Assembly (NCBI GenBank): GCA_963666985.2
Contig: CAXXIA010000003.1
Span: 32,001 to 96,000, forward strand
DNA length: 64,000 bases
Source: Spirochaetia bacterium
GTDB lineage: Bacteria > Spirochaetota > Spirochaetia > DSM-2461
Reading direction: 5' to 3'
Shown piece after piece: positions 29,412 through 38,942 of the stretch. The notes under the pieces were generated by a model. The model saw nothing but the letters and a program-made list of their open reading frames with translations. It was not told the origin of the DNA and made no database searches. Numbering within the stretch: position 1 is the first letter of the stretch; each line of letters starts with the position of its first letter. The translations under genes were made by a program, and so were the position numbers.

Positions 29412-31399
29412 GTGCACTATGACGCACTGAGAAAAAATCCGCTCGCATCGTTTTCCGATGCTGCCCGGGCGGCGGAGGACTGCATCCGTCCCTACCTGCC
29501 CTTCGTAGCCGCCGGAAAGGTTCCCGGAATGGGCGGCAGCAGCTTCAAAGAATCCACGATTCGCCTGGAAATGACCTCGCGGCTCCTCTGGGCCGCCGTA
29601 CCCCTGGCCGCCGGGACACGATCCTCCGTACCTCTGGCCGCCGGGACACGATTCGCCGTACCTTTCACTGCCGCCGACAAAGCAGGCTCGAATCCGGCCG
29701 CTATGAAACCTGCCGCCGAACCTTCAGCTTCCGCGAATTTCATCGCAGGAAGCCAAAGAAGCCGCGAATCGGGCATCGAAATCCTCGCCCGTTCCGTGGC
29801 CGAAGGAACCAATCCCGAGAGCATCCGGTACTGGGGTATCCCCGAAAATCACGACCAGATTCTGGTGGAAATGCCCGCCATAGCCCTGGCCATTGTTCTG
29901 ACTCCGACAACCTTTCGGGATGCCCTCTCTCCGGAGGAACTGAAGCGTTACACTGGACTGGCTCACCTGGATAAACCGCCGAGAGGTTCCGATATGCAAC
30001 TGGCTTTTCTTCGGTCTTCTGGTGAATGCCGTTCTGGCCGAATTCCGTCCGGAGGCCGTCGACGGGAAACGAATGCTATCGGCTTTGTCCGATATCGAAT
30101 CTTTCTACCTGAGCGGCGGATGGTTTAACGACGGGAATCAGAACGAACGGCGGAGCCGGGACTACTACATTCCCTGGGCCTATTATTTCTTCGGACTTCT
30201 TTTTACAACTCTTGCTCCGGATATCGACCCTTCTTTCACTTCTTTCGCCGCAAATCTTACCGAACGGGCTCGACTTTTCGCACCTCAGTACAGAGACTGG
30301 TTTGCATCCGACGGTTCTGGCCTGCCCTTCGGCCGAAGTCTGACGTACCGCTACGCACAAGCGGCATTTTGGGGAGCCCTGGCCTACGCCGATATCGAAG
30401 CTCTGCCGTGGACCGAAATGCGCGGGCTCTGGGCCTCGCAACATGCGCTGGTGGTTCGATAAGCCTTTCTTCAGTGAAACTGGTCTTCAAAAAGTAGGCT
30501 ATGCCTACCCAAATCAGTACATGGCCGAACGCTACAACTCCCCCTCATCGCCGCTGTGGGCCCTCCAGGCTTTTCTCCCTCTGGCTCTCGGCCCGGAACA
30601 TCCCTTCTGGAGGGCATCCGAAGAACCCTATTCCGGGAATACCTCGGACCGAGTTCAAACCGAAACGGGATTCATCCTGACCAATCTCGGCCGAGACCAC
30701 AGAGTGGCCGTCTCCGCCGGACAATGGACTCCCGGAGAGGCCAACGAACATGGCCACATGGCCGAAAAATATGAAAAGTTCGCCTACTCAACAGCCTTTG
30801 CCTTCAATGTGGCGGTTGACGAAACGGGTTTCGATAAAATTGCCCCTGACAATGCCCTGCTCCTCTCCAAGGACGGAAAAACCTTCCGACGAAAGAAGGA
30901 AAGCCGGAACCATGAGGTCGGTTCCCGATGGTGCCGATCGGAGTGGCATCCTTTCGAGGAGGTAAGTGTGGAAAGCCGGCAAGTTCTTTCAGGTTCCTGG
31001 ATTCTGAGGATCCATCTTATCGAAACGGCCGTGCCTCTTTTTACTCTGGAAGGCGGCTTTCCTCTGCCCTATGATGACCGGGATTTTCATCCTTCCGCAG
31101 CCGCGGAAGAAGATGACGGACATGCCTGCCTCGCTCTCACCGCTTTCGGCGCTTCCGGAGTACGGGATGCGGGCGGTGTACGGCAGGGGATTCTGGTGGA
31201 TGCTTTTCCCAATTCCAACATTCTCCATCCCCACGTCGTTATTCCCGCTTTGCACGGCACAATTCCCTCGGGGAACAGTACATTGATGACTCTGGTAACG
31301 GCTCATCCCGACCGGGACGAAGGGCTGGATGCATGGAATCATCCGCCGGACCTTCCCTCACTTCTGGCGTTTTTGCTCGAAAAAAGAGGCCGCGGATGA
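29412..31399 (+). CDS. DUF2264-domain protein (GH154-related), frameshifted into three ORFs
   Basis: LEMTSRLLW, GTNP...YWG, DQILVEM, NWLFF, GGWFNDG, DYY, FGRSLTYRYA, YNSPSSPLWA, EKYEKFAYST; shifts near 29950 and 30435. Confidence 0.78.
29596..29663 (+). repeat. In-frame 30-bp tandem repeat (~2.3 copies)
   Basis: CCGTACCYCTGGCCGCCGGGACACGATYCK repeated, encoding VPLAAGTRSS/VPLAAGTRFA/VP. Confidence 0.8.
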
Positions 31400-31436
31400 T
31401 GAATCATAAAATCAAAGAAAACTTGCGAGGAATCCC

Positions 31437-33233
31437 ATGAGGCAAGAAGGAAACTTCACAGAATCCATCCACAATGAAGATTATATGCGTCCCTACGACA
31501 CCCGGAACCTGGATAACCGGGGATTTGTCTTCACCGGAGGCCGAAAGACCGAAAGCCTCAATGGAGAATGGCACTTTGTTCCGGATCTCTACGACGTCGG
31601 CTTTCGTGATTCCTGGCATCGGAAGAGAACGCTCAAGGATGACGGTTTTCCCGCGGAACCCTGGGACTACCATCCCGAAGAAGGCCGCCCGGTCACGGTT
31701 CCCGGATGCTGGAATGTTATTGATCCCGTCTTTTTTCACTTCGAGGGCACAGGCTGGTATTCCCGCCGTTTTTCTTGCCCCAAGCAATCCGAAGGGGAAC
31801 GGATATTCCTGCGTATCGGCGCGGCCAACTACGATACCAAGGTGTATCTGAACGGAGGTTTCCTGGGCAGCCATGTCGGAGGCTCCACACCCTTTTTCGC
31901 GGAACTCACCGGCCTGAGGGATGAAGAAAATGAACTTCTTATAGCCGTGAACAATGTACGAACCGGCGACCGAGTGCCGATGCGAAACACGGACTGGTTC
32001 AATTGGGGAGGACTCTATCGGGACGTTTCCATCCTTCGCGTACCGGCGGTTTTCATCCGCGATTTTCGCCTTTCCCTCGCTCCCGGCGGCGGATATGATG
32101 CTCTGGCCGTTCGCTGTGTGCTCTCCGAACCGGTCAACGGCGCCGCCGTCCTCTCCATACCCGATTTGGACATCAAGACAGAAATCCCCGTAAAAGATGG
32201 TTTGGGAGAACTGATTATTCCGGCTCAGCCGACACTCTGGGAACCGGAAAATCCGCGGCTTTACGAAGTCTCCCTGACTTACGGCGGCGACAGGGTGGAA
32301 GATTTGGTGGGTTTCCGGGATATCCGCGTAGAGGGCCGTCAAATTCTGCTCAACGGCCGTGAGATTTTTTTGAGAGGCATCAGTGTTCATGAAGACGATG
32401 CCCGAAACGGAAAGATGCTCACGGAGGAAGATCTGGACCGCCGTTTCCGCCATGCCCGGGAACTCGGGGTAAACTTCATGAGGCTGGCCCATTACCCGCA
32501 CGATGAACGTGTGGCCCGGCGAGCCGACCGGGAAGGGATTCTCCTCTGGGAGGAGATTCCCGTGTACTGGGCCATCGATTTCGCCAATCCGGTTACCTAT
32601 AGCGACGCCGAGAACCAGCTTACCGAACTGATTCTCCGGGATGGAAATCGGGCGAGCGTGATTATCTGGTCGGTGGGAAATGAGAATCAGGACACGGATG
32701 AACGGCTTTCTTTCATGAGCCGGCTGGCCGACCGAGCTCGGGAACTGGACGGTACACGGCTGATAACGGCCGCCTGCCTGGTGAATCATGAAAAGAACCG
32801 TATTGAGGATCGGCTCGCCGCCTGTTTGGATGTAATCGGCCTGAACGAATACGTAGGCTGGTATGTTCCCGACTTCGCCGAACTTGAGGCCCTTGTTCGA
32901 AATTCAAACCCTGATCGTCCGGTCATCATCTCCGAATTCGGCGCCGGTGCCGAAGCAGGATTTCACGGAGAGGACAACCGAATGTTCACCGAGGAATATC
33001 AGGATCTGGTATACGCCCGGCAGATCGAGACCATCGCCCGACTGGAATACATCCGCGGCATGACGCCCTGGATTCTCTATGACTTCACCTGTCCCCGGCG
33101 GCAGAATCGCCATCAGCGCGGCTACAACCGCAAGGGACTCATCGCCGAGGACAAAGAGACGAAAAAGCTGGCTTTCAAGCGCCTCGCCGAGTTCTATCAC
33201 ACGCCGGCGAAAAACAATCTCAGCCGAGGGTAA
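31437..33233 (+). CDS. Glycoside hydrolase family 2, beta-glucuronidase-like
   Basis: SLNGEW, DWFNWGGLYRDV, RLAHYPH, WSVGNE (acid/base), ISEFG (nucleophile), NRKG (NxKG motif typical of GUS enzymes). Confidence 0.88.
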   Translation: MRQEGNFTESIHNEDYMRPYDTRNLDNRGFVFTGGRKTESLNGEWHFVPDLYDVGFRDSWHRKRTLKDDGFPAEPWDYHPEEGRPVTVPGCWNVIDPVFFHFEGTGWYSRRFSCPKQSEGERIFLRIGAANYDTKVYLNGGFLGSHVGGSTPFFAELTGLRDEENELLIAVNNVRTGDRVPMRNTDWFNWGGLYRDVSILRVPAVFIRDFRLSLAPGGGYDALAVRCVLSEPVNGAAVLSIPDLDIKTEIPVKDGLGELIIPAQPTLWEPENPRLYEVSLTYGGDRVEDLVGFRDIRVEGRQILLNGREIFLRGISVHEDDARNGKMLTEEDLDRRFRHARELGVNFMRLAHYPHDERVARRADREGILLWEEIPVYWAIDFANPVTYSDAENQLTELILRDGNRASVIIWSVGNENQDTDERLSFMSRLADRARELDGTRLITAACLVNHEKNRIEDRLAACLDVIGLNEYVGWYVPDFAELEALVRNSNPDRPVIISEFGAGAEAGFHGEDNRMFTEEYQDLVYARQIETIARLEYIRGMTPWILYDFTCPRRQNRHQRGYNRKGLIAEDKETKKLAFKRLAEFYHTPAKNNLSRG

Positions 33234-35340
33234 ATTCGAAATGCCCACTCTTCAACGGGCCGTTTGCCTCAAGGAGAATCCTGTAAAGAACAGGGGGCCA
33301 GGCCTGACGAAGCCTGGAATCGGTAACGGGGATCTCTTCCACCCGAATGGTGAATCCGTCGGGAACACCAAGGGGAAGCCCCGCGGGCTTGCCCCGGTGG
33401 TCTTTTGCCGCACGGCCGCCTTCATCTTCGCCCGTTACGGATCCGTTTCCCGCGAGGCCGTCCTCAAATCGGCCCTCACCAGGCCCATCAAAGAGCAGCA
33501 AACCTCCATCCTCGTTTTCAAGGGGCCGCCAGGGGGTCATCAGAATAAAAACCACAGAGGAAGAGTTCTCCAAAGTAAAGTCCTCGCGCACCGTCACCCG
33601 GCCGCCTCCCGCCCGATCCAGTCGAATCAGGCGGTTCCAGGAACGGATTCCCGCTTCCTTGGGATAAGCCCCGCCGATGTCCAGAGACAGTTCGGCAAAG
33701 TCCTCTTCCAGTCGGCAGACCACATTTTCGGCCCCGGATTCCCGGCCGGGCGACTGACCCAATCCCCCGATTATGGGCAGATTGTGATACTCGGAACGCA
33801 TGGTCCAAAGGGAATAGCGCTCAGGACCGAAGGTTTTGGCCGTGTATGTTTCAACACCTATGTCGATAAGCACCGGTTCTCCTGCGTGATAAACCAGAAA
33901 CGATCCGACATCGTTGTGATTATGATTTTCCCCGTTGTGCCCTCCCTTGGCGGCCAGAAAAAAACCTTCATGGGAACTCTCGGAAGTCCGGGCGCACATC
34001 ACCTGAATGTCTCCGAGCCAGCTCTGAAGAATCTCCGGAATCTCGGCGGTACACCGAACGCCGAACAAATCGTGCGGGGAACATCCCCTCCGGGGCCGGG
34101 GCAGAGCAGCGATTATTCCAACCGGCTCCTTTTCGCTCCCCTCCCCGCTCTCATTCCGGGCCGTCGCGCCGAAACTTCCGTCGGGAAACCTCGATTCCGC
34201 CGCCGAATCGCTCATGCGATGAAGCTTCCGAAAAAAACTTTCCGGAACATCTTCCGCCGCATCGGGAGCTCGGCCCTGACGCCGCGCCAGATTCACACCG
34301 AAGGCTTCCAATCCGCTGTCCTTAATCCGCACACCCCAGCGCCGGATAAGATCACCCGGGATGTAGGGAACAATCGCCGAGCCGTCGGCGAAATTGACAT
34401 AAAAATCACCGGCGATATGAACCTTCCGAATGTAGCGGCCCATTTCGGCGATAAGAGGTTCGTCATAGGCCGAGATTCGGCCTCCCGACATTTCAAAAAG
34501 AATCTCCAAGGCATCGAAGAGGGCCGCTCCGGCCTTAGTCCAGTAAGCCGCGCCTTCGTCGCAGCCTCCGTCCTCACCGTATTCCGCCAAGAACCTGTCC
34601 AGAAGTCGACAGGACTTAAGGGCGAGGGAGGAACGTTCGGCGTCGAATTCCTCCAGGAGAGCCGCCGTAATCAAAACATTGGACACAATCCAGGGATTCC
34701 AGTTGTTCACCCTCTGTCCCGGAGCCAAGTTTTCGCCCATCCACCAAAAATCAGTCCGCTCCAAAAAAGGCATGACGATCCGGTAACGGAGCTCCCGGAG
34801 AACCCGCCTGGCCGTCAAAGGACTTTCTTTTTCCAGAGAGGGACCGGCGAGGCGAAGAGCCCAGGCCAAAAGGGCGGCTGTTTCCGCGGCGAACAAATCA
34901 AGCACGGGCTCATCAACATCGCAGAGATCCGGAGCCGCGATGCCGGACACGGCATTATGGGCGCTCAATCCCCAGAAACTCTCCTCGCAGATGGTCCAAA
35001 GCGCATCAAGGAGCAAGCCCGCGGCAGGCGTAACGGACGGACTGAAAAGATGATCCGTCAGGATATCGCCCAAAAGCTTACGCCTCTCGAAATGGATTTT
35101 TTCGTACCCCGAACGGTCACCGTCCGTTCGAAAACGGCGGAAAAGGGACGCCGTCAAAGGCGGCCAAGAGTAATCTGCCCATCGCCGGGAAAATCCGGCT
35201 CCGCCGGCCGCTCGGGCCGCCTTCGTCCAGAACTCCCGGTTCGAAACGTCGGGGAAAAAATCCACAGGCCGGGCAAAAAGATCCGGCCGTGCCTTCAAAG
35301 CACCGACGCAGCGTTCCTCCAGGCTTATCTTCAACGACAT
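33220..35340 (-). CDS. Heparinase II/III-family polysaccharide lyase-like protein
   Basis: ICEESFW..SAH, DLFAAET, NNWNPW, DGGCDEGAAYW, NFADG, KGGHNGENHNHNDVGSF, SEYHN. Confidence 0.82.
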   Translation of the reverse strand: MSLKISLEERCVGALKARPDLFARPVDFFPDVSNREFWTKAARAAGGAGFSRRWADYSWPPLTASLFRRFRTDGDRSGYEKIHFERRKLLGDILTDHLFSPSVTPAAGLLLDALWTICEESFWGLSAHNAVSGIAAPDLCDVDEPVLDLFAAETAALLAWALRLAGPSLEKESPLTARRVLRELRYRIVMPFLERTDFWWMGENLAPGQRVNNWNPWIVSNVLITAALLEEFDAERSSLALKSCRLLDRFLAEYGEDGGCDEGAAYWTKAGAALFDALEILFEMSGGRISAYDEPLIAEMGRYIRKVHIAGDFYVNFADGSAIVPYIPGDLIRRWGVRIKDSGLEAFGVNLARRQGRAPDAAEDVPESFFRKLHRMSDSAAESRFPDGSFGATARNESGEGSEKEPVGIIAALPRPRRGCSPHDLFGVRCTAEIPEILQSWLGDIQVMCARTSESSHEGFFLAAKGGHNGENHNHNDVGSFLVYHAGEPVLIDIGVETYTAKTFGPERYSLWTMRSEYHNLPIIGGLGQSPGRESGAENVVCRLEEDFAELSLDIGGAYPKEAGIRSWNRLIRLDRAGGGRVTVREDFTLENSSSVVFILMTPWRPLENEDGGLLLFDGPGEGRFEDGLAGNGSVTGEDEGGRAAKDHRGKPAGLPLGVPDGFTIRVEEIPVTDSRLRQAWPPVLYRILLEANGPLKSGHFEFTLG

Positions 35341-35399
35341 GCACGCCCCCTTGAGGCAAATCCGTCCATGAGAGACATTCTACAACAAGGAGTCCCGAT

Positions 35400-36554
35400 A
35401 TGAATCGCCAAGCCGATCCAATCACCCGTTCCATGGAAACTTATCAAAAAGAAATCGCCTTCGCCGCGGCTAAAATCAAAACCTTCATCCCTCATTTCGC
35501 CGAGAACTTTCCCGGACCTTCCAGCGTCGGCGGAATATACCCTATTCGGCCCAACGAAGATTGGACCTCATCGTTCTGGACGGGGATGCTTTGGCTGTGC
35601 TGGGAAGCCACCGGCGATGACGATTTCCGCCGGGCCGCAGAAGCCCAGCTTCCCTCGTTCTACCGCCGCGCCTACGAACGGCTTCACACCGACACGCACG
35701 ATTTGGGATTCCTTTACACCCTTTCCTGCGTCGCCGCGTGGAAACTCACCGGCAACCAAGAAGCCCGAAATGCCGCCCTTGCCGCCGCGGATCTCTTGAT
35801 GGAACGCTTCCTCCCGGCCGCCGGAATTATCCAGGCTTGGGGGAATCTGAACGATCCGGCCAATCGCGGCCGGATGATCGTCGACTGCACCATGAATCTG
35901 CCCCTGCTCCACTGGGCCTCCGATGAAACAGGTAAACCGACCTACAGAGATGCGGCAATAAGTCATATGGACCGGACACTGGAGCATATCTTTCGGGACG
36001 ATCATACAACCTTCCATACCTTCTTTATGAACCCCGAAACCGGTGCGCCCCTTCACGGAACAACCGCTCAAGGGTATGCCGACGACTCCTGCTGGGCGCG
36101 CGGACAGGCATGGGCCATGTACGGCCTGCCCTTGGGCTACCGCCATACACACAACCCCAATCTCCTGCACCGGGCCGCCGAGGCAAGCGGCTATTTTCTG
36201 GAGCATCTTCCCGCGGATGGGGTGTGCTTTTGGGATTTAATCTTTACTTCAGACAATGAAAAGCGGGACAGTTCGGCGGCGGCCATCGCCGTCTGCGGAC
36301 TTCTGGAGCATGCATCCCATCTTCCGCCGGCCCATCCCCGGCACCGGCTCTACGAAGATGCCGCAATGAGAATGATGAACGCCCTCATCGGCGGCTATGT
36401 CAACCGCACTCGGGAAGAATCCAGCGGGCTCCTTACCGAGGCGGTCTACGATATGCCGAAAAACGTGGGTGTGGGCGAATCCTGCATCTGGGGCGACTAC
36501 TTTTACCTTGAAGCTCTGGTTCGGATGGTACGGGACTGGCGGCCCTACTGGTAA
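35400..36554 (+). CDS. Unsaturated glucuronyl hydrolase (GH88)
   Basis: WTSSFWTGMLW, THDLGF, MIVDCTMNL, SCWARGQAW, DSSAAAI, WGDYFYLEAL. Confidence 0.92.
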   Translation: MNRQADPITRSMETYQKEIAFAAAKIKTFIPHFAENFPGPSSVGGIYPIRPNEDWTSSFWTGMLWLCWEATGDDDFRRAAEAQLPSFYRRAYERLHTDTHDLGFLYTLSCVAAWKLTGNQEARNAALAAADLLMERFLPAAGIIQAWGNLNDPANRGRMIVDCTMNLPLLHWASDETGKPTYRDAAISHMDRTLEHIFRDDHTTFHTFFMNPETGAPLHGTTAQGYADDSCWARGQAWAMYGLPLGYRHTHNPNLLHRAAEASGYFLEHLPADGVCFWDLIFTSDNEKRDSSAAAIAVCGLLEHASHLPPAHPRHRLYEDAAMRMMNALIGGYVNRTREESSGLLTEAVYDMPKNVGVGESCIWGDYFYLEALVRMVRDWRPYW

Positions 36555-36706
36555 AAATCCCGATTAAACCAAGACCACAGTTAATGAACTTACGCCAGCC
36601 TGCTCCGGCGAACACGATAACAAGGAACATATAAAAACCCTCCCCTCTATGAAGTTTTTCCATCCGGCCGAAACCGTTAGACGAAAAAAGAGACTTCTCC
36701 GTCTTT

Positions 36707-37372
36707 ATGGGTATGGAGGAAAACATGATTCAGGAAAGGACATTATTCGATTTCGGATATTCGTACGCGGACTTTTGTAAAACGGATCAAATCGGCCCGA
36801 TTAAGGCCCTATTTTATAAACCCCTATTGCGTTATTCGACCTTCCCGCGCCTTTACGGAGCCTCTTGGGACCATCACAGATATTTCTTGAAATTTCTCTA
36901 TGCGGACATCCATGGACGCACCGTTCTGGAACTCGGCGCCGAATCCGGCGAAACAGCGGACTTACTCTCCCCGGATAACGCCTATATTTGCGTCGATCGA
37001 TCTTCATCCCTGCTTTCCGCCGCGGCCGCCAGATTTCGGCACGCCGATTTCCCGGAACCCCGATTCATCCGAGGATCGGCTGAAGATCTGATATTCCGCG
37101 AAGAATCATTCGATTTCATACTCTGCAACCCCAACGGACTCCACACGAATTATTTAATGGCGGCCATAAGAGAAGCCTCGCGAGTGCTGAAAGACGGCGG
37201 GAAGCTTATCGGATACCTCCCGCAGCGGGGATACGCCGAAAAGAAACTCCCGGACAATCTTCGTTCCAATGAAGAACTCGGCATTATGTTTAAACACTGC
37301 GGATTTTCATACACTCCTTTGGAATTCGAAAACGGATCTCTGCTGTACTTCACGGCCGAAAAACGCCGTTGA
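36707..37372 (+). CDS. Class I SAM-dependent methyltransferase-like protein
   Basis: VLELGAESG, VDRS, GSAEDL.F.EESFD, RVLKDGG; start may be ATG 36725 after GGAGG. Confidence 0.75.
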   Translation: MGMEENMIQERTLFDFGYSYADFCKTDQIGPIKALFYKPLLRYSTFPRLYGASWDHHRYFLKFLYADIHGRTVLELGAESGETADLLSPDNAYICVDRSSSLLSAAAARFRHADFPEPRFIRGSAEDLIFREESFDFILCNPNGLHTNYLMAAIREASRVLKDGGKLIGYLPQRGYAEKKLPDNLRSNEELGIMFKHCGFSYTPLEFENGSLLYFTAEKRR

Positions 37373-37461
37373 AAGCGGTATGAACCGAAAACAGCCGGCA
37401 AGAAAGCCGGCTCGAAGGGATGAGCTTCATCAAGAGGGAACACAAACTCCGGCTGCCGCGT

Positions 37462-37531
37462 CCGCATAAGTCCCGCATAAGTCCCGCATAAGTCCCGCAT
37501 AAGTCCCGCATAAGTCCCGCATAAGTCCCGC
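37462..37531. repeat. 11-bp tandem repeat (CCGCATAAGTC x6 plus 4 nt)
   Basis: Six perfect units without spacers between two convergent methyltransferase genes. Confidence 0.95.
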
Positions 37532-37641
37532 GTATCGAACCGACGTTATTCACGGGCGCTAAGGCCTGCCGCCTGTGATGCACATCCTTAACAGTCGAGC
37601 CGAAACAGACCCTTTTGCCGAATCTCCGCCCGCCCTTTGTA

Positions 37642-38304
37642 CTACAAAGATTTCCCGGCTCTCATGGATAAACCGAAGGCACTGCTTACAACCCGAAAAT
37701 CATCGAAAGCACTTTGCTCCATCAATTGCGTCAGTTCATCGGCAAGATATGCGGCATGAACGGAACTGACCAGACCGGCCTTCATGTCGGCCCCTTTCGT
37801 CAGCATCCGCATCATCATCAAAATCAGCGGATTCAGATTTCGCTTCAAATCGCTGATGAAAAGCCGGCCGCCCGGCCTCAAGACACGATGAGCTTCCGCA
37901 ATAACGGCCAGGGGATTTTCCCATTCATGAAGCGATCCGTTGGAAAAAACCGCATCCACCGACGAATCGGCCACAGGCATCTTCATTCCGTTCCCGCGCC
38001 GGTATTCGGCCCTGTCCTCAAATCCGTACTCAGACCGATTCTTTTCGGCCATCCGGATCATCTCGGGACTGATTTCCACCCCGATAAGCCGGGTTCCTTC
38101 GGTTGATGAAAGCCATTCCAGCCCGAGGTAACCGGGCCCCGGACCAACCTCAACAGCCGTTCCGAAATCAATACCGAATTGAATAATATCCCGTGTCTCA
38201 AGGATGCCCCTGTCGCGAAATCCTCTCTGCATTCCGTCAAACTGCTCAACCGTAACAGCGTCCTGAATGCCTTCATTCGTCTCAATAACCCTTTCTTTTG
38301 TCAT
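37642..38304 (-). CDS. Class I SAM-dependent methyltransferase
   Basis: VEVGPGPG, GVEISPEM, GNGMKMP...SVDAVFS..SLHEW, RVLRPGG. Confidence 0.9.
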   Translation of the reverse strand: MTKERVIETNEGIQDAVTVEQFDGMQRGFRDRGILETRDIIQFGIDFGTAVEVGPGPGYLGLEWLSSTEGTRLIGVEISPEMIRMAEKNRSEYGFEDRAEYRRGNGMKMPVADSSVDAVFSNGSLHEWENPLAVIAEAHRVLRPGGRLFISDLKRNLNPLILMMMRMLTKGADMKAGLVSSVHAAYLADELTQLMEQSAFDDFRVVSSAFGLSMRAGKSL

Positions 38305-38326
38305 AATGCCCTCCGCTAAACCTTAT

Positions 38327-38344
38327 ATATACAACCTTGTATAT
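38327..38344. promoter_or_regulatory. Palindromic operator ATATACAA-CC-TTGTATAT (copy 1), probable PadR site
   Basis: Perfect 8-bp inverted repeat 22 bp upstream of the methyltransferase start; identical copy upstream of padR. Confidence 0.8.
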
Positions 38345-38359
38345 CACGCTAAAAAAAAT

Positions 38360-38902
38360 TCATTTCGGATATCTTCCGGATGAAACGGCTTCTTCCACTT
38401 CCCGCAGCCATGCCAATTCCGCCTCGATATGATGGCGGCTATGAGAAAAAATGGCGGCCGCTTCCGGCGGAACATGAGGATTCTCCACGGTAACGCTCTC
38501 ATGAGCCTTCAAGTGCTTCAGGCTTTTTTCATATTCGGTAATCCGTTCTCGAATCAGCGGAAGCCTCTTTTCAGCAGGAAGCTCCCTTAAAAAGAACAAG
38601 CCGATATCCAGCGGATAATAATCGCGCGTCATAGAAGCCCAAAGATTTTCAAGGAGAACTAAAAACTCCTTTCTGCCGCGCTCGGTTACCTCATAAATTC
38701 TTCGCGACGGCCGGTTGCCTTCCCTCTCCTCGCCAACCTGAGCCACAAGCCCTTCTTCGGTGAGCTGCTTCAAAGCAAAATAAATGGAACCGAAGGCAAT
38801 GTTCGTCCAGTCGCCCATATGATCCTCGATGATATGCTTGAGTTCATATCCATAAAGAGGTTTATCCCTGAGAAGACCGAGGATAACCAGGCGGGTCGAC
38901 AT
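38360..38902 (-). CDS. PadR-family transcriptional regulator
   Basis: ILGLL..PLYGYELK, GSIYFALKQL..EGLV, RRIYEVTERGR; ATG at 38902 after GAAGGAG. Confidence 0.92.
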   Translation of the reverse strand: MSTRLVILGLLRDKPLYGYELKHIIEDHMGDWTNIAFGSIYFALKQLTEEGLVAQVGEEREGNRPSRRIYEVTERGRKEFLVLLENLWASMTRDYYPLDIGLFFLRELPAEKRLPLIRERITEYEKSLKHLKAHESVTVENPHVPPEAAAIFSHSRHHIEAELAWLREVEEAVSSGRYPK

Positions 38903-38924
38903 TGCATTATCTCCTTCAGCACCA

Positions 38925-38942
38925 ATATACAACCTTGTATAT
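38925..38942. promoter_or_regulatory. Palindromic operator ATATACAA-CC-TTGTATAT (copy 2), probable PadR autoregulatory site
   Basis: Identical 18-mer 22 bp upstream of the padR ATG. Confidence 0.8.

Noticed and set aside
31404..32789. 461-aa minus-strand ORF
   Set aside because: Antisense to GH2 with no recognisable domain
33079..35403. 774-aa plus-strand ORF
   Set aside because: Antisense shadow of the heparinase-like gene; no motifs, Arg/Pro-rich, expected from GC-rich codon usage
37462..37531. Possible CRISPR array
   Set aside because: The 11-bp units are contiguous with no spacers, and there are no cas genes
37150..37583. Short ORFs with repeated GTYAGLMRDLC peptide
   Set aside because: Translation products of the tandem repeat; they overlap a real gene or lack an RBS
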